This document shows positions 17,486 to 26,083 of a DNA stretch of 48,363 nucleotides, in pieces. Numbering within the stretch: the stretch's first letter is position 1; every line of letters begins with the position of its first letter. Location: positions 1-48,363 of the IMG/VR virus record IMGVR_UViG_3300037307_000742. One strand, 5' to 3'. Origin of the DNA: a virus. Lineage: Duplodnaviria > Caudoviricetes. A program made the position numbers and the translations under genes. The notes beneath the pieces were generated by a model. The model did not search any database and had not been told where the DNA came from. It saw only the letters and a list, made by a program, of their open reading frames with translations.

Positions 17486-17938
17486 TCAGGCTTGGTGTTT
17501 GAGGATGAGGGCTTGTTGTTCAGGGGTGAGTTTCCGCCAGAAGAGGGTCTGGGCGGTCGGGTCGGTGATGGCGGCGAACTGCGCGTGGAGGTCGGCGGCC
17601 TGAGTGGCATCACCGGCTGGGGTGACGCGGGCTGGCAGCGTGGTGCCGGTGGAGGCGACGACGCGGGCGACTTCGATCTGGACGCGCTTGTCGAAATCGG
17701 CCTGTGATGCCTGGAGATCGGCGATGCGGGATTGCAGGGCGGTGGATTCACCCTTGGCGGCATCGCGCTCGGCTTTGAGCGTGTCGATTTCGGCGGTTAG
17801 CAATGCGACTTCGCCGCGCAGCGAATCCTGAGTGGCGGAGGCTTCGGCCAAGAGATCGGCTTGCGCTTTGTGATCCCGTGCGAGGTCATCGGCCTGGGTG
17901 CGGGCTTCCAGTAGTTGGTCTTCAAGTGCGGTGGTCAT
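17486..17938 (-). CDS. Nested in-frame scaffolding protein (lambda Nu3-like)
   Basis: Internal ATG (MTTALEDQ) 14 nt after GTTGACA, at the boundary of the coiled-coil domain. Confidence 0.65.
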   Translation of the reverse strand: MTTALEDQLLEARTQADDLARDHKAQADLLAEASATQDSLRGEVALLTAEIDTLKAERDAAKGESTALQSRIADLQASQADFDKRVQIEVARVVASTGTTLPARVTPAGDATQAADLHAQFAAITDPTAQTLFWRKLTPEQQALILKHQA

Positions 17939-18757
17939 CACCCGTGATCCCGTGTCAACCGACGCGTGATAGACACGCAGGCGGCGCATGGCTTCAGCAC
18001 GATCCGGGACCATGCCCGCGAGGTTGTAGCGTTGGGCCTGTTTGCCGCTGAAAGTCTGGCCTTCCATCGCCTCGGCCGGGATCGAACGCCCTTTGGCCAG
18101 CACCGCCGCATGGAACTCCCCGGCGATTTCCGCGAGGTTGGAGTTGATGAGTTCCCTCTGGTCGTCTGTTAGCGGGGTGCCTGGTGCGCCCATCGCCTTG
18201 TATTTGCCGACGGAAAAGACCTCGACCTTGATGCCCGCCTTATCGAGGGCCGTGCTGTTGTCGATCACGGCTTGCACAACGCCGATGGATCCGACCTGTG
18301 CCGACGGGGTGGCATAGATGGCGGTGGCCTGTGATGCGACCCAGTAGGCGGCTGATGCCATCAGGCCGGAAGAGAACGCATAGACGGGCTTTTGCTTGTT
18401 GAGTGAAGCGACTGCCGCCGCCAGTTCCGGAGTTCCGGCCACCGTTCCACCAGGCGAGTCGATGTTGAGAAACACCGCCTTGATGTCGGGGCGTCCCGCA
18501 GCTTCACGAAGTGCCTCGCCGATTTCCTCGGAACTGGTCGCACCGAAGAAGATTCTGGCGAAGAGGTCTGGCTTGCGAAGGATCGGGCCTTCAATGGCGA
18601 CCACACCAATGCCATCCTCGACGGAAAGCAGGGAGCTGGCCGGTTGGTGTTGGGGAAGCGATCCACCGCGATCCACGAGGCCACGCAGAGAAGCGGCCAT
18701 CGCACGAAGCGCATCGGGTTGGATCAACCATTCACGGGTTTGCAGGAGTGGATTCAC
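17486..18757 (-). CDS. S49 (SppA-like) prohead protease with C-terminal scaffold
   Basis: IDSPGG, MASAAYWVAS, VGSIGV, GKYK motifs; coiled-coil C-terminus. Confidence 0.92.
   Translation of the reverse strand: MNPLLQTREWLIQPDALRAMAASLRGLVDRGGSLPQHQPASSLLSVEDGIGVVAIEGPILRKPDLFARIFFGATSSEEIGEALREAAGRPDIKAVFLNIDSPGGTVAGTPELAAAVASLNKQKPVYAFSSGLMASAAYWVASQATAIYATPSAQVGSIGVVQAVIDNSTALDKAGIKVEVFSVGKYKAMGAPGTPLTDDQRELINSNLAEIAGEFHAAVLAKGRSIPAEAMEGQTFSGKQAQRYNLAGMVPDRAEAMRRLRVYHASVDTGSRVMTTALEDQLLEARTQADDLARDHKAQADLLAEASATQDSLRGEVALLTAEIDTLKAERDAAKGESTALQSRIADLQASQADFDKRVQIEVARVVASTGTTLPARVTPAGDATQAADLHAQFAAITDPTAQTLFWRKLTPEQQALILKHQA
17953..17958 (-). promoter_or_regulatory. TTGAC box internal to S49 gene (N14-ATG)
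   Basis: GTTGACA CGGGATCACGGGTG ATG. Confidence 0.7.
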
Positions 18758-20174
18758 GCCCGGTTGCAGGTGTCAACGCGGGGCCGCTTGGCTTCCATAG
18801 CATCTCGACCGGCACGCCATACTTGTTGGCCGTCTCCAGAATCAGTTTCGCATCGCTGGCGCGGCGTTCGATTTCCTCACCGAAGTCGGCACCGAGTTCC
18901 TGGAAGTGGTCTGATAGAGTCTTGAGTCCCATCTCCACGTCGGCGCGGTTTTGTTGTGCCTCGCGTCCGGCGTCCACAGTCACACGCTTGGGCGGCACTG
19001 AGGAAATCTTCCACCATCCTTCCACGGGCGGCAGAATTCCGCGGCTGATCGCGTCGCCAATCACATAGGTCCACACCGGCTTGATGAGGCGGCGTTCAAG
19101 GATCATCTGACGGAACGAGAATCGACGATCCGCCTTGGCTACGATCAAGCGCACGCCCGCACCGCCGATCTTGCTGGAATCCGCCGCGAACTCGAATGGG
19201 ATCATGCCAAGGGCAGAATCTCGCCGCAGATGTTCCAGGAATCCCGTGAACGTGGGCGACGGGCGGTTCGACTGGAAGCTGTCGAGTGATTCGTCGGGTT
19301 TGAGCGCGATCAACTTGCCGCCGACAATGCGCTGGAGCGAAACCGGATCGCTGGATTCCGCTCCGCCAACCGCCCCGCCGACTACGAAATCACCGTTGTC
19401 GTCCAGTTCGCCGCGTGCCGTTTTGAGGATGCGCGACACGTCGGCGTTGTCCTTCACCGCATGTTTTTCCAGCGCGAGAAGTTCCATTTCATCGAGAACG
19501 TGGTTGATGGAATGCTGGATTGTCGGATGAGAACGAACGCCGCCCGCCCATTCCGGTTCATGAATGTGAAGAATCGCCGGGGCTGGCAGATCGCGCCCCT
19601 TGCCGTTGTCCTCCAAGACTCGATAGAAGATCGGTGCGCCCCAAGCATCGAGACCCACGCCGTCGATGGTGTCCTTCGAGCCGAATTCATCGCCGATGCG
19701 GTGGGACTCAATCAACTGGATGCGTGGTTCGCCGTCGCCATCGCGGGTTTTGTGAATGAAGTATTCGCCGTCGATGTCCATGCCCCGGCAGACGAGCGCC
19801 TGGCATTCCTCAAACGAAAACCGGCGAGTCACCTCACAGCGGGCTGACCATAGGGCGAAGTAGGCTTCGGCGGCGCGGTTCCATTCCGGCTTGGGTGATT
19901 GGGCCTGGACGCGGATGCCGTCGCCGGTCGAGTAGATCGCCATGTTGGCGACGAGTTCCCGCATGAATCCGCTGTTTTTGTGGAGGTAGCGCGACTTGCG
20001 GACCAACTCGGTGCGGACACCGGGGGTGAGTTCGTTGCGGGCATCGGTGGGTGAGGCTCCCGGCACGGTGCCACGGCGGGGCGACCAGTTTGCAGCCTCG
20101 AACGGAGATCCCCACGCCTTCGGCACGAGGACGGGCGGCAGCCAACGCATGGCGATGTTTTTGAGGCTGGTCAT
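18732..20174 (-). CDS. Portal protein, lambda family
   Basis: ELVRKSRYL...GDGIR...DGEYF...RIQLIE, GVG.D.WG.P..Y; position between the gpW-like and S49 genes. Confidence 0.9.
   Translation of the reverse strand: MTSLKNIAMRWLPPVLVPKAWGSPFEAANWSPRRGTVPGASPTDARNELTPGVRTELVRKSRYLHKNSGFMRELVANMAIYSTGDGIRVQAQSPKPEWNRAAEAYFALWSARCEVTRRFSFEECQALVCRGMDIDGEYFIHKTRDGDGEPRIQLIESHRIGDEFGSKDTIDGVGLDAWGAPIFYRVLEDNGKGRDLPAPAILHIHEPEWAGGVRSHPTIQHSINHVLDEMELLALEKHAVKDNADVSRILKTARGELDDNGDFVVGGAVGGAESSDPVSLQRIVGGKLIALKPDESLDSFQSNRPSPTFTGFLEHLRRDSALGMIPFEFAADSSKIGGAGVRLIVAKADRRFSFRQMILERRLIKPVWTYVIGDAISRGILPPVEGWWKISSVPPKRVTVDAGREAQQNRADVEMGLKTLSDHFQELGADFGEEIERRASDAKLILETANKYGVPVEMLWKPSGPALTPATGRESTPANP
18771..18776 (-). 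promoter_or_regulatory. TTGAC box (protease, N13-GTG)
   Basis: GTTGACA CCTGCAACCGGGC GTG. Confidence 0.7.
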
Positions 20175-20431
20175 TTTGGGAGGTAGCCGGAGATGAAGGA
20201 GACGGCGGCGATGCGGGGTTTGCCGTAAGTGGCTGGATCGAGCACACGGAGCGCGTGTCCGCATTCCTCAAGCACCTGATCGACTGGCATGGTGAACTGC
20301 TTGGCGGTGGATGTGTCCGCGTCGTTCCAGTTCATGATAGTCTTGCCTTCGAGAATGAGTTCCTTCGCCCGCCGCTGAATGGCGAGCACCTCTGAAACTG
20401 TGAATCCGGTGATGAATAGTCCGCGAGCCAT
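20171..20431 (-). CDS. Putative head-tail joining protein (gpW position)
   Basis: 86 aa directly before the portal gene. Confidence 0.55.
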   Translation of the reverse strand: MARGLFITGFTVSEVLAIQRRAKELILEGKTIMNWNDADTSTAKQFTMPVDQVLEECGHALRVLDPATYGKPRIAAVSFISGYLPK

Positions 20432-20444
20432 GCACGGCGGCGGG

Positions 20445-20450
20445 TGTCAA
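20445..20450 (-). promoter_or_regulatory. TTGAC box (N13-ATG)
   Basis: GTTGACA CCCGCCGCCGTGC ATG; contains the endolysin stop codon. Confidence 0.7.
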
Positions 20451-20881
20451 CGACCGCGCCATGTGGCGTTGTTGCCCCGCGTGTCGATGTGGACAAAACC
20501 GGACGACGGATAGAATCCGAGACCTCCGGTGAACTTGCTGGCCTTCCGCCATTCGATCAAACGATCATAGACCCGCTGCGGGCTGACACCGTCAATGGTG
20601 ATGTCGAGGGCCGTGAATTCCTTGTGCTGGCTGAGAGGTGCACCGCCAACCGTCTTGTTGTAGTCGGGCGAGCGGTAGGAACTTAGGATGCGGCAGGGTT
20701 TGCCGAACGATTCGCGGAGGTCGTCCACGATGCGCAGTGTCGGCACGATGTTTTTCCAGAGGCGCTTCGGTGGGGTGCTGTTCTTCACGCCTTTTCGCTG
20801 CGCGGCGAAGTAGGATTCGAACTCGCCTGCGCCGAAGTGATTGAATTTCTGGGATTCGAACCAGTCGCTGAACGTGCTCAT
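20447..20881 (-). CDS. Peptidase M15 endolysin
   Basis: SSYRSPDYN, SQH...ALD, FVHID zinc-peptidase motifs. Confidence 0.88.
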   Translation of the reverse strand: MSTFSDWFESQKFNHFGAGEFESYFAAQRKGVKNSTPPKRLWKNIVPTLRIVDDLRESFGKPCRILSSYRSPDYNKTVGGAPLSQHKEFTALDITIDGVSPQRVYDRLIEWRKASKFTGGLGFYPSSGFVHIDTRGNNATWRGR

Positions 20882-20884
20882 GGC

Positions 20885-21040
20885 TTACTTCGAGGTGCGG
20901 GGTTCGACGATGATTTCAAAGCGGCCGTCCGGATGGACCTTGATGACACCGTCGCCCGTGGTGAGGTTGCCGGTAATCGGAGGTGTCATGCAGGACGGGA
21001 GCAGGAGCGACAGGGCGGCGAGTAGGATTTCAGTTCTCAT
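20885..21040 (-). CDS. Small lipoprotein (51 aa; not in ORF track)
   Basis: MRTEILLAALSLLLPSC lipobox-like N-terminus; GAGGAG and a TTGACA box upstream; overlaps the terL stop. Confidence 0.65.
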   Translation of the reverse strand: MRTEILLAALSLLLPSCMTPPITGNLTTGDGVIKVHPDGRFEIIVEPRTSK

Positions 21041-22860
21041 GGCTCCTCGTCCGAAGTGTCAACTGGCGCGGATGCCACCGATTCACGACCCACGATCTTG
21101 AGCATGGTGGCCGCTGCGACCTGTTCCGCCTCGCAGTCGTAGTAATGGTTCGGTCGTGAGCCGATCCTCTCATACAACCACTTGCCGTTCTTCTTGATGC
21201 GGTGCTCGCTTTCCATCTGGGCGAGATAGTCGTCGTCGATGTCGTCGGGCACTTCCCACACCGGGCCGTCGTCCGGATTCTGATTCCGGCGCAGGCGGGC
21301 GAGCGTGTCCTTGATGTTGAGATTGGACCAATAGAACACCGAGCACGATTGCCCTCGGCCGAGAACAACTTTCCTGCGCGGCGAATAGAACCGCTCCACC
21401 GACTTCCGACCTTTGACCTTGTGGGTGAACGTCGCTCGCTTGTCGCCCATGAGGGCCGTCCATCCGTGAGCCGCGCATTCGCGATAGACGTCATAGGTGG
21501 CGTGGCCCGCGTCGATGAACACGAGATTTGGGTGAATGCCGAAACGCTCCTGCACACTTTCTACGTCGGTGAAGGTCAGGATCCGCTCGTTCCAAATCAG
21601 TCGGCTGGATCCGTCCTCCGCCCATGCGCGGACAACAAGGAACAAGTGATCCATCTGGCAATCGACCGTGAGGATGCGGAGTGGACACGCGCACGGTTCG
21701 CCAGCCGGAACCAATCGGCCATGGGCATCCACGCCCGCCTCGCCGTCCCAGGTTTCGCCTTTAAGATAGCCGCCCGGGACGATGTCGAGTTTGTAGTCTT
21801 CCAGATACTCGCGCCATGCGAGGGCGAGACGCTTTTGATAGAACTGCTGGATCAAGCTCACGTCGCCTTTGCGAGCGGCGGCCTTTGCGCGGAGATAGAG
21901 TTCGGCCAGACGGCCCCAGCTCATCGCGCACATGGCGTTCCAGTGGAATCCGGCGTTCTCCTTCGGCGCGTTCGGATTCATGACGACATACTTGCCGCTG
22001 AGATTGAGTTCGCGGCGGGTGCGGTCGCTGTCCTCGAAGTAGTGATTGCAGGACGCGCAACGCATCGAGGTGGTGTCGCGGACCTTCTGGAAATCCCACT
22101 CGCCGGATTCGTCGCGGGCGTCCTTGCTCCACTCGACTTGCTCCCACTTGAACGGCTGGCGCTGGTGGCAGTGCGGACACTCAAACGTCCACTCGCGCAT
22201 GTCGGTGGTTTCGTATTTGCGGTGGGTGTCGTCGTCATCCTCGCCGCCCTGTGACATGAACAGGCACTTGCCGAGCCAACCGAACGCGGTGACACGAGCT
22301 TCGGCTTCCGCCATATGGCCGGTGGGCCACCGCCACGTCTCGTCACCGATGAGCCAGCGAATCGAACGTCGCTGGAGGTTGGTTTTGTTGTGCGCCCCAA
22401 GCACCCACAGCGTCATGCCATTGTTGAAGTGAACCGTGGCGAGGCGCTTCTTGTGACGGTTGGCCGGATAGAGGGCGCTGACTGGATTGCACTCGTCGAA
22501 GAGTTTCTGGAGCCGGCTTTCGCTTTGGTCCTTCGCGTCATCGTCGGTCTGGTCGAGCCACAGTGTCGGGCCTGGATGGTTGGCGATGATGTGGGCGAGT
22601 CCAAGTTCGCCAACGCTTGTTTTGCCGCTTTGGATCGCGGCGATGATGCTCACGATGCGGATCTTTGGATCAACCAAGGCTTCCATCGGCTCGCGCATCC
22701 ACGGCGAGTTGGCCGAGCGAAACCGGCCGGGAATGGGTGAGTATGGGATCGAGGTGATGTGTTCCTCGCACCATGCCCACGGGGGACGACGATCCGGGGG
22801 ACGCCAGGCTTCGCGCCAGATGCGTTCGAGTTTCCTGCGGGCGGGTTCGATGGTCTTCAT
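21037..22860 (-). CDS. terL: Terminase large subunit, GpA family
   Basis: PGRFR...PWMREPM, QSGKT Walker A, LIGDE Walker B, CPHC/CASC, TVDCQ nuclease motif, NHYYDC. Confidence 0.93.
   Translation of the reverse strand: MKTIEPARRKLERIWREAWRPPDRRPPWAWCEEHITSIPYSPIPGRFRSANSPWMREPMEALVDPKIRIVSIIAAIQSGKTSVGELGLAHIIANHPGPTLWLDQTDDDAKDQSESRLQKLFDECNPVSALYPANRHKKRLATVHFNNGMTLWVLGAHNKTNLQRRSIRWLIGDETWRWPTGHMAEAEARVTAFGWLGKCLFMSQGGEDDDDTHRKYETTDMREWTFECPHCHQRQPFKWEQVEWSKDARDESGEWDFQKVRDTTSMRCASCNHYFEDSDRTRRELNLSGKYVVMNPNAPKENAGFHWNAMCAMSWGRLAELYLRAKAAARKGDVSLIQQFYQKRLALAWREYLEDYKLDIVPGGYLKGETWDGEAGVDAHGRLVPAGEPCACPLRILTVDCQMDHLFLVVRAWAEDGSSRLIWNERILTFTDVESVQERFGIHPNLVFIDAGHATYDVYRECAAHGWTALMGDKRATFTHKVKGRKSVERFYSPRRKVVLGRGQSCSVFYWSNLNIKDTLARLRRNQNPDDGPVWEVPDDIDDDYLAQMESEHRIKKNGKWLYERIGSRPNHYYDCEAEQVAAATMLKIVGRESVASAPVDTSDEEP
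21057..21062 (-). promoter_or_regulatory. TTGAC box (lysis pair, N16-ATG)
   Basis: GTTGACA CTTCGGACGAGGAGCC ATG, inside the terL 3' end. Confidence 0.7.
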
Positions 22861-23456
22861 TCGCCCTGATGGAGGATCGTCAACACCTCGTCGATTGCGC
22901 GGCGGGCTTCCTCCTGAATGCCGGTGGCATCGAGGCCCGACAGGATCGGCGGTAATTCCTGCTCGAACTTTTTGCGGAGCATCGACGTTGCCTGCGCCAC
23001 GAACTCAGTCCACGCCTGCCGGACTTCCTCGACGGCCACATAGTCGCCGCGCCTGATTCCGAGCCGTAGTTCCCGTTCTTCAACTTCTGCCAGCAACTTG
23101 CGGGCCTTGAGCGAGGACTCGATGTCACCCGGCTGTTCAATCTCACCGCCTTTGAGATCGTTGCGACGCATGAACTCCCGCCACGCGGCCACGTCGTGCA
23201 TCCCGTTTGCGGCAGGCTTTGGGGCGCCCTTGCGCTTCTTCCAGTTGTTGAGGGACTGGCGCGTGATTCCCAGGATGGCAGCGAGTTCAACGTAGGATGC
23301 GGCGTTGGTCGGAGCGGCCCCGGTGCCGGTGGCCAGCGTTTGCAGCATGGCGCGTTCAGCACGAGTCAGCTTGCCGCCCTTTTGCACGCGACCAACCAGA
23401 TTGGCGAAGTCCCGCGAGAGCAGCTTTTTGGCGATGTCGGGTGATACGGCTTCCAT
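22857..23456 (-). CDS. terS: Terminase small subunit (Nu1-like)
   Basis: wHTH ELAAILGITRQSLNNW plus coiled coil; overlaps the terL start. Confidence 0.85.
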   Translation of the reverse strand: MEAVSPDIAKKLLSRDFANLVGRVQKGGKLTRAERAMLQTLATGTGAAPTNAASYVELAAILGITRQSLNNWKKRKGAPKPAANGMHDVAAWREFMRRNDLKGGEIEQPGDIESSLKARKLLAEVEERELRLGIRRGDYVAVEEVRQAWTEFVAQATSMLRKKFEQELPPILSGLDATGIQEEARRAIDEVLTILHQGE

Positions 23457-23472
23457 CCGCAGGTTGCGGACA

Positions 23473-23478
23473 CGTCAA
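23473..23478 (-). promoter_or_regulatory. TTGAC box (terS, N16-ATG)
   Basis: GTTGACG TGTCCGCAACCTGCGG ATG. Confidence 0.7.
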
Positions 23479-23485
23479 CCGGGCA

Positions 23486-23680
23486 TCATTTCCGTTTCCG
23501 CTTGGGCTGGATGATTTCCAGCATCATTTGAAGTCCGAACCCCTGTGGCATCGCCCGTTCCTGCTCCCAGTTCTCCAGGCTGCGTTTTGAAACCTTCAAC
23601 GCCACGGCGGCGTCGCGCTGGCTGTAACCATTGCGTTCCCTCCATTTGCGGAGCAGTTGGGCGAAGGTTGCGTGATCCAT
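23486..23680 (-). CDS. XRE-family HTH protein
   Basis: LRKWRERNGYSQRDAAVALKVSKRSLENWEQ. Confidence 0.85.
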   Translation of the reverse strand: MDHATFAQLLRKWRERNGYSQRDAAVALKVSKRSLENWEQERAMPQGFGLQMMLEIIQPKRKRK

Positions 23681-23725
23681 GAGACTGTCCGCAGACTACG
23701 GATGATCGTGGTAGTGGTGTCAAGG

Positions 23726-23731
23726 TTGACG
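23726..23731 (+). promoter_or_regulatory. TTGAC box (ParB, N14-ATG)
   Basis: GTTGACG GCGGGGGCGATGGC ATG; back-to-back with a minus-strand TTGACA at 23718-23723. Confidence 0.7.
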
Positions 23732-23745
23732 GCGGGGGCGATGGC

Positions 23746-24525
23746 ATGAGCATTCCCGTGCATTGCGCCCATACCGCCCTCGTTGATCCGAACACGCTGA
23801 AACCGAATCCGGTCAACCCGAATCGCCACAGTGCCCACCAGATCCAGCTTCTCGCGTCGATCATCCAGGAACAGGGCTGGCGCAATCCGGTCACCGTCTC
23901 GAAGCGCTCGGGCCTGATCGTCCGTGGTCATGGCCGGTTGGAAGCGGCGTTGCTCATCGGCTGCGAAACGATCCCCGTGGACGAGCAGGACTACGCGAGT
24001 GAAGCGGAGGAACTCGCGGACCTGCTTGCCGACAACCGCCTGTCAGAACTCGCCGAACTCGATGAAGACGATCTGCGGCGGGTGCTCAAATCCATTGCTG
24101 ACGCCGATCCCGACTTCGACATCGAACTGACTGGCTTCATGGAGGACGAGATCCGCAAGCTGATGGATGACGCGGGCAACCCCGAGGACGAACTCCAAAC
24201 GATTCCCCGGATGGAATGCCAGGCATTCGAGACTCACGACTACCTCGTGTTCATGTTCCACGACCTGCGGGATTGGATGCAGGTGCTTCAACTCATGGGG
24301 GTGTCCGAAGTTGACTACTCGATCACCCGCAGAACCAAGAAAATCGGCATTGGCCGTGTGCTCCATGGAAAACGACTCATTGAACTCTGCCGCCGCGCCA
24401 GCATGGCCGGAATTCCGCCCGTTGAAACTCCGCCTGGTGATCCTGTCCCGGAGCCGAAGTCGCTCGATCACCAGCCACAAGCTATTCCCGACGGCGACGC
24501 TGCTCGTTCCCGCAAGCGAGGCTGA
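23746..24525 (+). CDS. ParB/Srx N-terminal domain protein
   Basis: LKPNPVNPNRH...SIIQEQGWRNPV...GHGRLEAA...ADNRL. Confidence 0.9.
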   Translation: MSIPVHCAHTALVDPNTLKPNPVNPNRHSAHQIQLLASIIQEQGWRNPVTVSKRSGLIVRGHGRLEAALLIGCETIPVDEQDYASEAEELADLLADNRLSELAELDEDDLRRVLKSIADADPDFDIELTGFMEDEIRKLMDDAGNPEDELQTIPRMECQAFETHDYLVFMFHDLRDWMQVLQLMGVSEVDYSITRRTKKIGIGRVLHGKRLIELCRRASMAGIPPVETPPGDPVPEPKSLDHQPQAIPDGDAARSRKRG

Positions 24526-25156
24526 GCATTACCGGCACACCGGGCTGGAAATCGAAACCATCCCCGATGAGATCGCCGGCATCAGCGCCGTGCGGAACTG
24601 GGTGCTCAAGCACTTCAAGGACGACGCCATCGTCATGCTCGACGACGACATTTCCGCGTGCGTTTGCATGGTGTCCCTTCGGTGCCGGAAACTGTCCATC
24701 GCCGAAACCATCGCCATGCTTGAAAACTCTGCGTGGTGTGCGCGTGGGGCCGGGGCACGGTTGTTTGGCTGGCATCAGCGGAGTGATCCAAGGCTTCTGC
24801 AACGCAACGATCCATTCGGCGTGAACCACTGGGTCGGCGGGGCTGTCGGTGTGGTGCGCGACGAAAAGGGCGGCGTGCCGAAGTGGGACGAGCTTCTCAA
24901 ATGCAAGTGCGACATCGACGCCACGTTGCAAGAGTTGATGGACAACCGGCTTGTTTGGAATGAAGCGCGGTTCTGCTTTGTCCAGGAACGCGACAAGAAC
25001 CTCGGCGGCAACAGCCTGTTCCGAAGCGAGGAACGCATCGCCACAGAGAAGCGATACCTCAAGCGCAAGTGGAAGGCCCACATCCGGCTTGAAACCTACA
25101 AGAGCCAGGACCGCGTGTCGATGGACGCACCACGTCGGCAATCGGTGAAGCTGTGA
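24365..25156 (+). CDS. TET-associated / GREB1-like glycosyltransferase (GT-A fold)
   Basis: VILSRSR, RNWVL...MLDDDI, KCDID.TLQ, GGN motifs; adjacent to ParB and terminase. Confidence 0.72.
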   Translation: MENDSLNSAAAPAWPEFRPLKLRLVILSRSRSRSITSHKLFPTATLLVPASEAEHYRHTGLEIETIPDEIAGISAVRNWVLKHFKDDAIVMLDDDISACVCMVSLRCRKLSIAETIAMLENSAWCARGAGARLFGWHQRSDPRLLQRNDPFGVNHWVGGAVGVVRDEKGGVPKWDELLKCKCDIDATLQELMDNRLVWNEARFCFVQERDKNLGGNSLFRSEERIATEKRYLKRKWKAHIRLETYKSQDRVSMDAPRRQSVKL

Positions 25157-25213
25157 TAAATGGCGTCCAATACTGCTTTCACCTCGTGTGCCAAACCGAT
25201 AATCTAGCAGACG

Positions 25214-25771
25214 ATGAGTTATCATTTACACACCAAGCGCGGATACAGCTTCCCTGGAGTGTCGAGCGCGATGCAGAAGGCGATCAGGCGCGGTGACGCA
25301 AAGCTGGCCGGATATTGGGCGCTCGAACTTTGGGCGAGCGGATTCGGCCAGTATGTCTGGCGGCGTCTGCTCACCGTGAGCGCGGAGGACTGCTGGGGCA
25401 TCCTCACGGCGGAGGTCAAGGCGCTGCACGACAGCTACACCGAGATCAATCGCAACACGCCATCGAAGACGCCGAAAGGCCGCATCTTCATTTCCAAGGC
25501 GGTGATCCTGCTTTGCCTCGCCAAGAAGAGCCGCGATCCCGACCACCTGCAAAACTTCGTCTATGACCAGATGGCTGGGCTGGACCCCGAAACCCTCACC
25601 GATGAACTCGAACAGGCGGGAGAATACATCCCGATCCCCGACTACGCTTACGACTGCCACACGCCGCAGGGCCGCAAGATGGGCAAGACGAAAGCCGAGT
25701 TCTTCAAAGCCGAGCATGAAGCGCTCAATCCATTCATTCCCGGCCTGTTCGACAACCTGATTGATTCCTGA
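25214..25771 (+). CDS. Stand-alone RarA/MgsA C-terminal-like domain
   Basis: SAMQKAIRRGD...A.YW...RRL...SAED...PDYAYDCHT; no ATPase motifs. Confidence 0.7.
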   Translation: MSYHLHTKRGYSFPGVSSAMQKAIRRGDAKLAGYWALELWASGFGQYVWRRLLTVSAEDCWGILTAEVKALHDSYTEINRNTPSKTPKGRIFISKAVILLCLAKKSRDPDHLQNFVYDQMAGLDPETLTDELEQAGEYIPIPDYAYDCHTPQGRKMGKTKAEFFKAEHEALNPFIPGLFDNLIDS

Positions 25772-25795
25772 TAAACCACCAACCACTGAGATCCC

Positions 25796-26074
25796 ATGGG
25801 CATACACCTGATGCAACCCCGCTTCCCGCTTGGGAAAATATACGCTACCCCCGGCGCACTTGCGCTGGACGTGGACCTGACCAAATACCTCCGCCGTCAC
25901 CACTGTGGCGATTGGGGTGATGAACTCTGCGCCGAAGACAAAGAGGCGAACGAGCACTCGCTCAAGGACGGCACCCGTCTTCTCAGCCGCTTTGCCACGC
26001 CGGGAGGTTCGATCTACATCATCACTGAGCACGACAGGTCGATGACGACAATCTTGCTGCCGTCAGAATACTGA
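25796..26074 (+). CDS. Conserved small mobile-element protein
   Basis: RHHCGDWG...N...G.RLLS.F...IITE.DRS.TTILLP.EY. Confidence 0.75.
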   Translation: MGIHLMQPRFPLGKIYATPGALALDVDLTKYLRRHHCGDWGDELCAEDKEANEHSLKDGTRLLSRFATPGGSIYIITEHDRSMTTILLPSEY

Positions 26075-26083
26075 TGCTGCGGC

